A DNA stretch of 64,000 nt from Candidatus Magasanikiibacteriota bacterium (GCA_041666265.1 JBAYHH010000001.1:8056-72055); one strand, 5' to 3'. Shown: positions 9,801 through 20,845, numbered from the stretch's first letter. Numbers and translations are program-made. Notes: a model not told the origin generated them from the letters alone.

Positions 9801-11069
9801 ATGAACCTTTCTCCTTCCAAAATCCGCGCGCATAAATACGCCGGCATCTACATTGCCGTCATTTTGTTTATTATTTCATTTGGCCTTGGCGTTTTGGCCG
9901 GGCAGGCGTGGTATGTGCGCGGTCAAATCACCGGCGACAGCGGTAATGTGGAAATTTCCAAACTATTAAATTTCAAGCGCAACGCCAATCGATCCGACAG
10001 TGTTGACTTTAATGAATTTTGGAATGTTTGGGATAAAATCCGAGAAAAATATGTGAAGTCCGGCACAGTCAAAGATACGGATTTATTTTATGGCGCCGTC
10101 CAAGGGCTGGTGTATGCGCTCGGTGATCCATATTCTGTGTATTTGCCACCCAAATCAGCTGACGAATTTGCTAAAAGTTTATCCGGCGAATTTGAGGGTA
10201 TTGGCGCGGAGATCGGCTTGAAACTCGGCCAGCTCGTAGTGGTATCGCCACTACCTGATTCACCCGCTCAAAAAGCCGGTCTGCGCCCGGGAGATCAAAT
10301 CCTCGCTATCGACAAAGTAGATACGACCGGCATGGATTCGACCGCCGCGGTGATGAAGATTCGCGGCCAGGCCGGCACACCGGTGGTCCTCATGATTGCG
10401 CGCGCCGGATCAACCAAGACCATCGATATCACTATTATTCGCGCCAAGATCAATGTTCCGTCGGTGATGTTTGAGTGGAAAGGCGACCCCGCCAGTGACG
10501 GGGCAGGCAAAGTGGCGTATGTGCGCGTGATGCAATTTAATGAAAATACGACCGGTGATTTTGATCGCTATGTTCGTCAGCTTAAAAAAGACGGAGCCAA
10601 GGCGATGATTCTCGATCTGCGTAATAATCCGGGTGGCTACCTTGATTCCGCCGTGACGATGGCGAGCGAGTGGATCAAAGACGGCAAGATCGTGAGCGAG
10701 AGATTTTCTTCGACCACAATCAATACACACGAAACCGAAGGGGAGCATCGTTTGTTTGGTCTCAAGACCGCGGTGCTCATCAATGGTGGTTCGGCATCGG
10801 CCAGCGAGATAGTGGCGGGTGCGCTTCAAGATCACAAATCAGCGACGATTATCGGAGAGAAATCATTTGGCAAGGGAAGTGTGCAGGAGTTTGAGACTTT
10901 TGATGATGGTTCCGCTTTGAAATTGACCGTAGCCGAATGGCTCACTCCCAATGGCAAAAATATCAATGAATCCGGCATCACGCCCGACATCGAAGTAATA
11001 GAGGATTTCGAAAAAGAAAAAGTGGGCGAGGATGTGATGATTGATCGAGCGCTTCAGATATTGAATTAA
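9801..11069 (+). CDS. ctpA: S41 carboxy-terminal processing protease with PDZ domain
   Basis: DPYS.Y, GIGA, DLRNNPGG, SASASEI.AGAL, SFGKGSVQ. Confidence 0.95.
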   Translation: MNLSPSKIRAHKYAGIYIAVILFIISFGLGVLAGQAWYVRGQITGDSGNVEISKLLNFKRNANRSDSVDFNEFWNVWDKIREKYVKSGTVKDTDLFYGAVQGLVYALGDPYSVYLPPKSADEFAKSLSGEFEGIGAEIGLKLGQLVVVSPLPDSPAQKAGLRPGDQILAIDKVDTTGMDSTAAVMKIRGQAGTPVVLMIARAGSTKTIDITIIRAKINVPSVMFEWKGDPASDGAGKVAYVRVMQFNENTTGDFDRYVRQLKKDGAKAMILDLRNNPGGYLDSAVTMASEWIKDGKIVSERFSSTTINTHETEGEHRLFGLKTAVLINGGSASASEIVAGALQDHKSATIIGEKSFGKGSVQEFETFDDGSALKLTVAEWLTPNGKNINESGITPDIEVIEDFEKEKVGEDVMIDRALQILN

Positions 11070-11148
11070 TTGATTTGCCAAAAAAATAAAAGAGTGCTAC
11101 TATAATTATTGTAAAAGCATTATTTATTAAAAAATAAACAGCCATCAT

Positions 11149-12201
11149 ATGTCAACACCTGAAGCGGCGTATAATGAAATGATAGCCGAAAAAGCCAAAA
11201 TCGAAGAGGAAAAGAAAAAAAAGAGAGACGCCAAGTTGGCGCGAAGAGATGAAATCAATAAATTGTTGGGGACAAAAGAAAGTGAATTAAACAGGACCAA
11301 TGATTATGTGAACAAGGCCACTGATTTGTTGTCTGAAAAACCAGACGCAACAGATAAAATGAAGCAGAATGAGTCTGTGCTTCGAAGTTCGGTTGTACAA
11401 GGCGCCGAAGAGTGGACAAAGTTGAGAGAAGAATTAGCAACGATCGAATCTGATCCCGCGATAATTCAATATTTAGCCGAACAAAAACAACACTCTCAAG
11501 TAGTAGCCGAACACAAGGCTAAAATCGAAAAGGACTTGGCGGAAAAAGTGGCTGCCCAAGAAAAAGTGGTCGAAGACAAAGAGCGCGCGGCAATGGAGAC
11601 GGCCAAACAGCTCTGTGATGTGTGGCAAGAAGATGACGCGGCATTAATGCTGATGCCGGTAGAAGAAGAGAGATATAATTATCTTAGTCACCCTTATTGG
11701 GAGGGTGTGGAGGAGCGGTATATCGATATTCAAAATAAAATTAATGTACTAAACGCTGAAAAATCAAAGGCATCAGGATTCTTTAAAGGATCTAAATTGA
11801 AAAAGATCGACGCGCAATTGGATGAGCTCGATACGCAATGGAGCAACAATAAAAGTTTGTATGGTCAGAAATTTGCGATTGCCGATCAGCGCCAAAAAAG
11901 AAAGGGAGTTCTTTACGATAAATTAATGGGTGGTTTGTCTTCCCGCGATGAAAAAGCAGCTCCCGATGGATCACTGCGAGCTTATTTGGATGCGTTTACC
12001 GCACTTGAGGGTTTGAAAGGGCGCGATGTACGCAATATCACCGCTATCAAATTGTTGGCTGACTTAACAAAAAACCAAAATAAATTTCCCTTTTTGATAG
12101 TTTATGAAGGTCGCGTGGCTGTCAATTATAATAAACTATTTGAGCAGTTTGGCTATAATCGCCAAGATTCATTGGATAAATTAAAACAGAAACAAGGCTG
12201 A
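11149..12201 (+). CDS. Hypothetical coiled-coil protein
   Basis: 350-aa E/K-rich ORF; TTGCCA...TATAAT promoter upstream. Confidence 0.8.
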   Translation: MSTPEAAYNEMIAEKAKIEEEKKKKRDAKLARRDEINKLLGTKESELNRTNDYVNKATDLLSEKPDATDKMKQNESVLRSSVVQGAEEWTKLREELATIESDPAIIQYLAEQKQHSQVVAEHKAKIEKDLAEKVAAQEKVVEDKERAAMETAKQLCDVWQEDDAALMLMPVEEERYNYLSHPYWEGVEERYIDIQNKINVLNAEKSKASGFFKGSKLKKIDAQLDELDTQWSNNKSLYGQKFAIADQRQKRKGVLYDKLMGGLSSRDEKAAPDGSLRAYLDAFTALEGLKGRDVRNITAIKLLADLTKNQNKFPFLIVYEGRVAVNYNKLFEQFGYNRQDSLDKLKQKQG

Positions 12202-12207
12202 AAATTT

Positions 12208-12387
12208 GTTAGGTAATAATTAAAGGTGTTAGGTAAAAGGTATTAGTTGTCAAGTATTAGGTGTTAGGGTAGATGTTAAAAATTCATGAATTTTAAATCA
12301 CCGTTTTAATACGGTGATTTGTTTATAGTTATATTAAAAATTGTCCGTTTCACACCTTCTACTTTCTACCTAATACCTATCACCTTT
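12208..12387. repeat. Inverted heptamer arrays enclosing terminator hairpin 12295-12320
   Basis: aaaggtg ttaggta aaaggta ... ctacct aatacct atcacct; hairpin aaatcaccgt-tttaat-acggtgattt between convergent genes. Confidence 0.7.
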
Positions 12388-12388
12388 A

Positions 12389-13243
12389 TTATATTTTCTC
12401 CGCCCAATGTTTATCGGTCTCGACCTCGAGTTTTAAGAATACTTTTTTACCAAGCGCGGCCTCAAATTCTTTGCGTGCCGCGATGCCGATTTCTTTGATC
12501 GCTCGTCCGCCCGCGCCGATGATCATTTTTTTATAACGACTGTCTGCCGTATAGACGGTAGCATAAATTTCAAAGATATCGGATTTTTCTTCGATGCTGT
12601 CCACTTCCACATTGGTGGTGTAAGGGACTTCTTTGCGTAAAGCCAAGAAGATTTTTTCGCGAATTATTTCCGCCACCCAAAATTTATGATCCAAATTGGT
12701 TAATTGCTCCGGCGGATAATTCGGCTCGCCTTCGGGTAGGATCTCAAACACTTTTTTGCGCAATGGTTCGACATGGCGATTTTTGAGCGCGGATAATTCA
12801 TACATCGCCACAAATTCGATTTCCTCGGTCAGCTGTTTGTAGTCATCCAAATACATTTTTTCTTTGGCCGGCAAATCGCACTTGTTGATCACCAAAATTT
12901 TTGGGATTTCGAGTTTGCGCAAGATCGACATCACGAAGCGCTCTTCGGCTCCGATCGGTTTTTCCGGATCCACCACATAGACGATACCGTCGATCTCTTG
13001 GATTGCCTCGCGCGCTTTTTCGGTGAGTTTGCCGGTGAGCGGTCCGGCTTTTTCCTTGAAAATGCCGGGAGTGTCGACAAATACCGCCTGCCCTTCGGCC
13101 GCGTTCAAGACGCCATGGATATTGTGGCGAGTAGTTTGGGGTTTGTCGGTGACGATCGCCAGTTTGGTGCCGACGAGCGTGTTGAGCAGGGTGGACTTGC
13201 CGACATTTGATCGGCCGACAAGGGTAATGAAGCCTGATTTCAT
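12389..13243 (-). CDS. era: GTPase Era
   Basis: GRSNVGKST, QTTR, DTPG, NKCD, KH domain with EVPY and IIGAGG..IK.IG. Confidence 0.97.
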   Translation of the reverse strand: MKSGFITLVGRSNVGKSTLLNTLVGTKLAIVTDKPQTTRHNIHGVLNAAEGQAVFVDTPGIFKEKAGPLTGKLTEKAREAIQEIDGIVYVVDPEKPIGAEERFVMSILRKLEIPKILVINKCDLPAKEKMYLDDYKQLTEEIEFVAMYELSALKNRHVEPLRKKVFEILPEGEPNYPPEQLTNLDHKFWVAEIIREKIFLALRKEVPYTTNVEVDSIEEKSDIFEIYATVYTADSRYKKMIIGAGGRAIKEIGIAARKEFEAALGKKVFLKLEVETDKHWAEKI

Positions 13244-13372
13244 GAAAAGATATCAAAAATTAAAAATCAAAGATCAAAAATGTCGAATTCGGACACAGTC
13301 TTTAATATTTGATTTATTATTTTTGATATGTTACAATACTACCATAATTAAGCCAATATATCAAGGGTAGGT

Positions 13373-13810
13373 ATGAAAGTCATACTATTGCAAAATGTGG
13401 CCGGCTTGGGCAAGGCCGACGATATCAGAGAAGTGGCCGAGGGCTATGCTCGCAATTTTTTGTTTCCGCGTCATTTGGCGGTGCTTTCGAGCTCTCAAGG
13501 ACTCGCCGAAATCGAGGCGCAAAAGAAGAAAAAGTCCAAAGACGAGCTCCGCGACCTGCAACAACAACAATCGCTCGCGGCCAAGCTCGACGGAGTCGAG
13601 GTTAAACTAAAAGAAAAGGCAAGCGCCTCGGGCGTGCTATACGCGGCTATCGGCCCCAAGCAGATCAGCGATGCCCTCACCAAAATGGGATTCGCGGTCG
13701 ATAAAGAAAAAATTCGCATGGCGCCAATCAAAGAAGCCGGTGAATTCGAGGTCAAGATTAGATTAAGACATGGATTAGAAGCCAAGATATCAATAGTTGT
13801 TTCGGTGTAA
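13373..13810 (+). CDS. rplI: 50S ribosomal protein L9
   Basis: MKVILLQ.V..LG......V..GYARNFLFP. Confidence 0.97.
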   Translation: MKVILLQNVAGLGKADDIREVAEGYARNFLFPRHLAVLSSSQGLAEIEAQKKKKSKDELRDLQQQQSLAAKLDGVEVKLKEKASASGVLYAAIGPKQISDALTKMGFAVDKEKIRMAPIKEAGEFEVKIRLRHGLEAKISIVVSV

Positions 13811-13915
13811 TTTTGAATTTATAATTTTGAATTTTGAATAAAATTCGAATTTTTAATTTTTAAAATTCTATATTCAAGTTTTATTCAAAATTAGAAATTT
13901 AAAATTAAATATTTT
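13810..13915. repeat. Inverted AT-rich heptamer arrays with no enclosed gene
   Basis: aattttg aatttat aattttg aattttg aataaaa ... ttttattc aaaattag aaattta aaatt. Confidence 0.7.
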
Positions 13916-13923
13916 GTAAATTT

Positions 13924-15546
13924 ATGCGAACCAAATATATATTTGTAATTGGCGGGGTGCTATCGGGCGTAGGCAAGGGTATCACTACCGCGTCCATCGG
14001 GCGGATTTTTAAAAATTACGGTTTTAATGTTTCAGCAATTAAGATCGATCCCTATATCAATGTCGATGCCGGCACGATGAATCCGGTCGAGCATGGCGAA
14101 GTTTTTGTCACCGAAGATGGCGACGAGACCGATCAGGACATGGGCAACTACGAACGCTTTTTGGATACCGATCTTTTTTCCACCAATTACATGACTACCG
14201 GTCGGGTATATCAAAGTGTCATCGAAAAAGAGCGCAGTATGTTTTACAAGGGTCATTGCGTGCAAGTCGTGCCCCACATTCCTTTTGAGGTGATCGAGCG
14301 CATCGAGACCGCGGCCAAAAAAACCAAAGCCGAAGTGATGGTGATCGAGATTGGCGGGACCGTGGGCGAGTATGAAAATATTTTGTATCTCGAGGCGGCC
14401 CGCATGATGAAGCTTGACCACCCCGATGATGTGGCGATCGTGCTCGTGGGATATATGCCGGTGCCGTCCCATCTCGGCGAGATGAAGACCAAGCCGACCC
14501 AGCACGCGGCCCGCACACTAAATAATTCCGGTTTGCAGGCCGACATCATCGTGGCGCGCGGGAAATACGCGCTCGATAAACCGCGCAAAGAAAAGCTGGC
14601 GCTATTTTGCTGGATGAAACCGGAAAATATTGTTTCAGCTCCGGATGTGGAGAGTATTTACGAGTTACCGGCCGTGCTCGAAAAACAAAATATTTCCAAG
14701 TTACTCGCGAAATTATTGAAGATTAAATTACCAGAAAAAAAATCTACCGAGTGGGATAAATTTGCCACCAAAGTGAGCGCGGTCCACAAGAAATTGAAAA
14801 TCGCGGTGGTGGGTAAATATTTCGCCACCGGTGATTTCACCTTGGCGGATTCATATATTTCCGTGATTCAAGCGGTCAAGCACGCGGCTATTTGGAATGG
14901 CGCCGATGCCGAGATGACCTGGATCGACAGCGAAGGATTTGAAAAAGATCCGGCCAGCGTCAAGGATTTGAAAAATTACGACGGTCTCATCGTGCCGGGC
15001 GGGTTTGGCACGCGCGGGATCGAGGGGATCATCAATGCGATTCGTTTCGCCCGCGAAAACAATGTGCCGTATTTGGGGCTGTGTTATGGCATGCAGCTCG
15101 CGTGTATCGAATTGGCGCGCAATGTGCTCGGGATCAAAGACGCGCACACGGTGGAGTGCGATCCGGGGACCAAAAATCCGATCATCCACATCAATCCGAT
15201 GCAGGCCAAAAATGTGGCGAGCAATCGTTATGGCGGGACCATGCGCCTCGGCGCCTATGATTGCGAGCTCAAAAAGGGGAGCAAGGTGCGCGCGCTTTAT
15301 GGCAGTGACCATATCAGCGAGCGTCATCGTCATCGTTATGAGTTTAACAATGACTTTCGCGAACAAATCGAAAATGCGGGGTTGGAATTTGTCGGCGTGA
15401 ACAAAGAAAAAAATCTAATGGAAGTGATCGAGCTCAAAAATCATCCGTATTTTGTCGGTTCTCAATTTCATCCGGAATTTAAATCTCGTCCGCTCCACCC
15501 GCATCCTCTATTTGTCGGGCTGATCAAGGCGGGGTTAAAAAAATAA
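13924..15546 (+). CDS. pyrG: CTP synthase
   Basis: GGVLSGVGKG, DPYINVDAGTM, KTKPTQH, GLCYGMQ, RHRHRYE, QFHPE. Confidence 0.99.
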   Translation: MRTKYIFVIGGVLSGVGKGITTASIGRIFKNYGFNVSAIKIDPYINVDAGTMNPVEHGEVFVTEDGDETDQDMGNYERFLDTDLFSTNYMTTGRVYQSVIEKERSMFYKGHCVQVVPHIPFEVIERIETAAKKTKAEVMVIEIGGTVGEYENILYLEAARMMKLDHPDDVAIVLVGYMPVPSHLGEMKTKPTQHAARTLNNSGLQADIIVARGKYALDKPRKEKLALFCWMKPENIVSAPDVESIYELPAVLEKQNISKLLAKLLKIKLPEKKSTEWDKFATKVSAVHKKLKIAVVGKYFATGDFTLADSYISVIQAVKHAAIWNGADAEMTWIDSEGFEKDPASVKDLKNYDGLIVPGGFGTRGIEGIINAIRFARENNVPYLGLCYGMQLACIELARNVLGIKDAHTVECDPGTKNPIIHINPMQAKNVASNRYGGTMRLGAYDCELKKGSKVRALYGSDHISERHRHRYEFNNDFREQIENAGLEFVGVNKEKNLMEVIELKNHPYFVGSQFHPEFKSRPLHPHPLFVGLIKAGLKK

Positions 15547-15571
15547 AAAAAGCCTGCTGGGGGTGCAGGCT
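15545..15571 (-). terminator. Intrinsic (possibly bidirectional) terminator
   Basis: AGCCTGC-7-GCAGGCT preceded by an A-run. Confidence 0.65.
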
Positions 15572-15572
15572 A

Positions 15573-15986
15573 CTAAGTAAGGGTGGTTGTTATAATCCAA
15601 ACATCCGGACAGATCATGAAGTCTGAACCGTTTGTTTGGTAATAACGGCCGAACGACCGGCATTGACTGACTGGATTCATTGGGAAGCTCATCCCGTTTC
15701 TTCCAGTGAGTGTCATCATTTCGACATCTTCCGGAAGCGCGGGCTTTGGCTTGCGCACGCACACCGCGAGCTTCGCTTCGCTCTTATCGCCTTGGAGCAG
15801 GCGAGCGCGCGCGTTATCCGGATCACGCCAGATAGGAGAGTCGAGGGCGCTGTCCACGGTCAACATGACGAGGCCGTGATTTTTGAGAATTTGTTCGATT
15901 TGTTGAATCGACACAGGCTCGTCAAATTTCACGGCGAATAGCATCGCGCCCTTTGCTTGAAATTCTACCCTTTTTTCGATGTTCAT
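15573..15986 (-). CDS. Hypothetical protein (ORFan)
   Basis: GGAGAGG SD upstream; own TTGACT promoter-like sequence and terminator. Confidence 0.65.
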   Translation of the reverse strand: MNIEKRVEFQAKGAMLFAVKFDEPVSIQQIEQILKNHGLVMLTVDSALDSPIWRDPDNARARLLQGDKSEAKLAVCVRKPKPALPEDVEMMTLTGRNGMSFPMNPVSQCRSFGRYYQTNGSDFMICPDVWIITTTLT

Positions 15987-16133
15987 TTTCCTCTCCAGGA
16001 AAATTGTTTAGGAATGAGCGAATCCGCAATATTTAACCACATATTCCGCGCCGAGTCAATGGGTTTGGTTTGTGGATAAAATTCACAAACAAAAAAACAC
16101 CAGGTTTTTGGTGTGCGTAAAAATATACAAAGT

Positions 16134-16631
16134 TTAAAATTGTAAAGTTTTTTTGACTTCCTTCAATATAATCAAATCCCGTTTTTGAATAAAACTACCT
16201 TCGTAATTCGCTGGTTCATCTGACGCCAATATGCTTATAGCTTTATTTAAAGTCACCCAGATTATTTTAAATCCATCGCTTAATTCTTTTTTAGTAAAAT
16301 TAGGCTGACCTTTAGAAATAATATTTCCAGAATAACAGAACGATGTTTGTTTGAGGTTAAACTGCGATCGGTATTCAATGATTTTGCCTAATTCTTGCAG
16401 TGCATCAATTTTACAACCAACTTCTTCCATCGATTCTCTTTTTAGAGCATTAATTTTTGATTCATGTTTTTTAATACCCCCCCCTGGCAATTTGTGATAA
16501 TTATATCTTGAAACAAACAAAAGCGGTATCAAATTATTATCAAATAATACCGCTCTTGCGGCTTTGCGGACATTCATCTTTGGCATGTTCTTATTTCTAT
16601 CTTTGTCACTAATCTCGGATAATAATTTCAT
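16134..16631 (-). CDS. NUDIX hydrolase
   Basis: LPGGGI...ES...ALKRESMEEVG Nudix box; AT-rich. Confidence 0.9.
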   Translation of the reverse strand: MKLLSEISDKDRNKNMPKMNVRKAARAVLFDNNLIPLLFVSRYNYHKLPGGGIKKHESKINALKRESMEEVGCKIDALQELGKIIEYRSQFNLKQTSFCYSGNIISKGQPNFTKKELSDGFKIIWVTLNKAISILASDEPANYEGSFIQKRDLIILKEVKKTLQF

Positions 16632-16715
16632 AAAATTTCGAATCAATATTTAATATTATAATTTCTAATATTTATTCAAAATTCAAAATTCGAAATTAAA
16701 TATTATCATTTACCG

Positions 16716-18092
16716 CTACCGCCCCCGCATCCCCAATACGATATTCACCGTGCGCATCACGATCGCGAAGTCGAGCCAAAAGCCACGATTTTTAATGTAA
16801 AACAAATCGTATTCCAGCTTGCGCAGATTTTCTTCCAAAGTGCCGTAATACGATTTTTGCACTTGCGCCCAGCCGGTGAGCCCGGGTTTGATGAGACAGC
16901 GCAAAGAATAAAATGGCATTTGGCGGGTGAGCTCATAGACAAATTCCGGCCGTTCGGGCCTGGGACCGATGAGCCCCATCTCATTGCGAAAGATATTAAT
17001 AAATTGCGGGATTTCATCGAGGCGAGTCTGGCGTAAAAATTTGCCGACGCGAGTGACGCGCGCGTCATCGACGCTCGCGAATTGCGCTCCGGCGGTCTCG
17101 GCGCTACCGTCGATCGCGAGCACTTTCATCGTGCGGTATTTATATATAAAAAATACTTGCCCCATGCGTCCGACTCGTTGTTGGCGAAAAAATATCGGGC
17201 CCGGTGAAGTCAGGCGAATCGCCCAATAAATAAACGGAAAAGAAATTACAAAAAATATCGCCATGAGCGAAGCAAAAAAATAATCGGTCACAATGCGCGT
17301 GCGGTCGTATATTTTTTTCTGTTGCTCGTTGAGATTATTTAGAAACCACCCCTCGGAAAAAGTAAACGGGGGAATGCGTCCGAGCACATCCTCATAAAAT
17401 CGCGCCAAAGCCATCACGGTCGTCTGCGCGAATAGTTGCTCGTATAATTCTTTGAGTAGCGAAGCGTTTTTGTAGAGCATCGGCGCGGTCACGATGATCT
17501 GGGGCGCTTGATTATTGTTTTTTTCTAAAAGTATTTTTAAGGTGGGCGCGCTCGCGTAGCGGGATAGCTCGGCCGGCAAATTATCCGCCATGATAAATCC
17601 CGCCACTCGATAACCGCGCTCCGGTTGTTTTTCGAGCAGTGCGATCAATTCGATGATTTCCGGAGTAACACCGGTAAACACCACGGTGGTTTTTAAAATT
17701 CCGGTGGATAAAAATCGATTGTAAATGTAGCGCCAAACAGTGAGCAAGCCAAAGCCGTTGAGGGCGGTCAGCGCCAAAATAGTTTTGGGAGAAATGGCGA
17801 GAGCGGGACGGAGATAAAAGTAGATCATGCCAACCATCACCCAGGCAAACGCCGTCATCAAAATTTTTTGGAAGAATTGGAGGTTGTTGCGGTTTTGACC
17901 GATATCATAAAGGCCGGAAATAAAAATAATCAGCAAAGCGCCGATGAATAGCTCTATCATCGGCCAAAGCAGGGCGATATCGGGCGCGCCGGGAGTGAAT
18001 ACATAGCGTTCCGACAGCGCCAAAAATAACCCAAACAACAAGGCGACAAAATCCCCGGCCATGAGAGTGAGTTGTTTGAGGCGGTAGAACAT
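16716..18092 (-). CDS. Polyprenyl glycosylphosphotransferase (WcaJ/WbaP-like sugar transferase)
   Basis: TM N-terminus; SPGPIFFRQ.RVG, KYRTM, LDEIPQ..N, GPRPE, KPGLTGWAQV. Confidence 0.95.
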   Translation of the reverse strand: MFYRLKQLTLMAGDFVALLFGLFLALSERYVFTPGAPDIALLWPMIELFIGALLIIFISGLYDIGQNRNNLQFFQKILMTAFAWVMVGMIYFYLRPALAISPKTILALTALNGFGLLTVWRYIYNRFLSTGILKTTVVFTGVTPEIIELIALLEKQPERGYRVAGFIMADNLPAELSRYASAPTLKILLEKNNNQAPQIIVTAPMLYKNASLLKELYEQLFAQTTVMALARFYEDVLGRIPPFTFSEGWFLNNLNEQQKKIYDRTRIVTDYFFASLMAIFFVISFPFIYWAIRLTSPGPIFFRQQRVGRMGQVFFIYKYRTMKVLAIDGSAETAGAQFASVDDARVTRVGKFLRQTRLDEIPQFINIFRNEMGLIGPRPERPEFVYELTRQMPFYSLRCLIKPGLTGWAQVQKSYYGTLEENLRKLEYDLFYIKNRGFWLDFAIVMRTVNIVLGMRGR

Positions 18093-18112
18093 GGTATAAT
18101 AATCGTAATCTA

Positions 18113-19717
18113 ATGTATCATATTTCCCGAATAAAATCAATAATTAGCGTTTTTTTGATGGCGGTGTTTTTGGCACCGGTTTTTGCGCACGCCAAAACAC
18201 CAAACGACCCGCAATACCTCGATCAGTCGGAATTTTACGCGCAAATCAGCGCGCCGGACGCTTGGGATTATGCCACCGGCTCGTCCAAAGTCGTGATCGC
18301 GATCATCGACACCGGTATTGACTCGTGGCACGACGATCTCGCGACCAATGTTTGGGTTAATCCGTATGAAATTTCGGATAATGGCATCGACGACGACGGT
18401 AATGGTTTTATTGACGATATGCACGGTTGGAATTTTGTCGAAAATAACAACAATATTCGGCCGTCGGTTTTTGAAAATATCAATGATCCGGAAGCAGTCA
18501 GACACGGCACGATCGCGGCCGGATTGATCGGGGCGGTGGGCGACAATGGCAAAAATGGCGCCGGTCTCAATTGGCAGGTAAAAATTATGGCTTTGCGCGC
18601 GGTGGACAGCTCAGGGTCGGGTTCATATGATAGTATTTCGCAGGCCGTGGTTTATGCGGTCAAAAATGGTGCGAGCGTGATCAGTATGAGCGTGGTGGGC
18701 GAGGGGTTTGATGAAAATCTGAAAAAAATGATGCGTTGGGCGTATGACCAAGGGGTGGTGCTGGTCGCGGCCGCGGGTAATAATCGCTATGATGGCCGAG
18801 GCGATCTCGACACAAATCCGGTTTATCCGGCGTGTTTTGATAGTGGTGACCAAGAAAATTGGATCATCGGCGTGACAGCGGTCAATAAAAACGATCAATT
18901 AAGCCGATTCGCGGACTATGGTCAGTGCGCGGATATCGCCGCGCCCGGAGAAAAAATATATAGCATCGAACGCTACGCTCCCGACTATGGTTACAAGAAA
19001 AATTTTGGCGGACCCTGGCAGGGGACATCGTTTGCGACTCCGCTCGTGGCCGGTGCCGCCGGGTTGATCAAGTCTCTACATCCCGAATGGTCGGCCGGAA
19101 AAATAATTGAAACGATTTTAAATTTTGGCGATAATATTTCCGCCATCAATCAGAGTCTTGGTATTACCATGCCACCTCGGCTCAATGTCGGCACGGTTGT
19201 GAAGCAAGCATATTATTCGCGTTTGCCGGTCGAAAATATTTCTTATGGACTCACTGGAAATAATATTTGGATGACCACCGGTACCAAAAAAATTGATCTA
19301 ATTACAGTTTTAGACGCGCGTCCGATAAGTTTTGCCACTGAATACTTCACCGACAGTTGGTCGCCAGAATTCGCGGTCTTGATTTCTCGTCCGCCATTTT
19401 TGTATGTACAGTTATACAAAAACAACGGCCGTTACTGGCGCGAATTTTCTTTGCAGAATTCCAAAAACGCGCTTGGACAAAAAATCCTCGTTGGGCGCGA
19501 CCTCGATGGCCGGTCAATTTTGACGATATCTAAATATATCAGAAAAACCAATCAAACCGTGTGGGAAGTGTATGGTATGACCGGTGATTTGCTCCAAAAC
19601 GCCCGCTACAAAGGCGTGGTGAGCGATTGGCAGATGGCCCCCAATTACGCGGGAATCGACGCGAAAATCAAGGTTAAAGGTAAATTGACGACCAAGCGGG
19701 TGGGGTGGTATAATTAG
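18113..19717 (+). CDS. Secreted S8 (subtilisin-like) serine peptidase
   Basis: IIDTGID, HGT, AAAGN, GTSFATP; signal peptide. Confidence 0.95.
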   Translation: MYHISRIKSIISVFLMAVFLAPVFAHAKTPNDPQYLDQSEFYAQISAPDAWDYATGSSKVVIAIIDTGIDSWHDDLATNVWVNPYEISDNGIDDDGNGFIDDMHGWNFVENNNNIRPSVFENINDPEAVRHGTIAAGLIGAVGDNGKNGAGLNWQVKIMALRAVDSSGSGSYDSISQAVVYAVKNGASVISMSVVGEGFDENLKKMMRWAYDQGVVLVAAAGNNRYDGRGDLDTNPVYPACFDSGDQENWIIGVTAVNKNDQLSRFADYGQCADIAAPGEKIYSIERYAPDYGYKKNFGGPWQGTSFATPLVAGAAGLIKSLHPEWSAGKIIETILNFGDNISAINQSLGITMPPRLNVGTVVKQAYYSRLPVENISYGLTGNNIWMTTGTKKIDLITVLDARPISFATEYFTDSWSPEFAVLISRPPFLYVQLYKNNGRYWREFSLQNSKNALGQKILVGRDLDGRSILTISKYIRKTNQTVWEVYGMTGDLLQNARYKGVVSDWQMAPNYAGIDAKIKVKGKLTTKRVGWYN

Positions 19718-19820
19718 GTCGAAGGTAGAAGGTTGTAGGTATTAGGCAAATACCTGTCGGCTTTTATCTTAGTTTTCAATAATTACGGCTAACACCTTTT
19801 ACCTTTAACCTATCACCTAT
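19715..19820. repeat. Inverted heptamer arrays (AGGT-type)
   Basis: taggtcg aaggtag aaggttg taggtat ... aacacct tttacct ttaacct atcacct. Confidence 0.75.
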
Positions 19821-19822
19821 TT

Positions 19823-20845
19823 ATGGACAATCAAATTTTTGAAAAAAAGAATGTGCTCGTCACCGGCGGAGCGGGATTTATCGGTTCGCATTTGTGCGAG
19901 CGGTTGCTCAAAGAAGCCAAGGTCATTTGTATCGATGATTTTTCTAATTCTCTTCCGCAAAACATTAACCACTTACTGCAATATCCGGATTTTGAATTTA
20001 TAAATTTCGACATTAACAAACCGATTGATTTGGAAAAATTTGTCGAGCTCGACAAATTTAAATTAAAGTATCAAGGCATTCAAGAAATTTATCATCTCGC
20101 TTGTCCGACCAGTCCCAAAGATTTTGAAAAATCCAAAATGCAAGCGCTGTGGGCGAATTCTTCGTCCATGATCAATACTCTTGATTTGGCTGTCCAATAC
20201 AAAGCGCGTTATGTGTTTACTTCAAGCGCGGTGGTTTATGGTCCGTCCACTCCGGCCAAAGCGGTATTCAAAGAAACCGATCTCGGGACTTTCAATCATT
20301 TGTCCGAACGCGCGTGTTTTGACGAGGGTAAACGATTTGCCGAGACTTGCGTCGAGACCTACGCGCAGGTGTATGGTATTGACGCCAAGATAGCGCGCGT
20401 GTTTACGACCTATGGCACGCGCATGCGCTTGTTTGAAAAACAATTGATTCCGGATTTTATTATGAGCGCGCTCAATGGCGATGATTTGGTGATTTATGGA
20501 GAAAAAAATTTCGCGACTTCGCTTTGCTATGTCAGCGATGTGGTAGATGGACTGGTGCGTTTGATGTCGGCCGGACCGGAAGTGCGGTTGGTGAATTTGG
20601 GCGGCGATGAATCATTTAAATACAGCGAAGTGGCCGAGATGATTATCAAATTAACCAATTCCAAATCCAAATTAGTATTTGAAAAAGGGATACTGTTTTT
20701 GACGCCCAAAGGAATCCCAAATATTGCCGTGGCCAAAGATGCGCTTGGTTGGATGCCGATTGTGCGAATCAAGGATGGACTCCAACGCGCCATCGATTAT
20801 GTATCGGCCAATAAAGAAGCGCTCGTGATGGCCGCGAAAAAATAA
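19823..20845 (+). CDS. NAD-dependent epimerase/dehydratase, UDP-glucuronate decarboxylase-like
   Basis: TGGAGFIGSHL, IYHLACPTSP, DEGKR.AET; catalytic YxxxK reads FDEGK. Confidence 0.9.
   Translation: MDNQIFEKKNVLVTGGAGFIGSHLCERLLKEAKVICIDDFSNSLPQNINHLLQYPDFEFINFDINKPIDLEKFVELDKFKLKYQGIQEIYHLACPTSPKDFEKSKMQALWANSSSMINTLDLAVQYKARYVFTSSAVVYGPSTPAKAVFKETDLGTFNHLSERACFDEGKRFAETCVETYAQVYGIDAKIARVFTTYGTRMRLFEKQLIPDFIMSALNGDDLVIYGEKNFATSLCYVSDVVDGLVRLMSAGPEVRLVNLGGDESFKYSEVAEMIIKLTNSKSKLVFEKGILFLTPKGIPNIAVAKDALGWMPIVRIKDGLQRAIDYVSANKEALVMAAKK

Noticed and set aside
13373-13810. Presence of ribosomal protein L9 in a putative CPR genome
   Set aside because: L9 loss is limited to some CPR lineages; retention is ordinary for Parcubacteria
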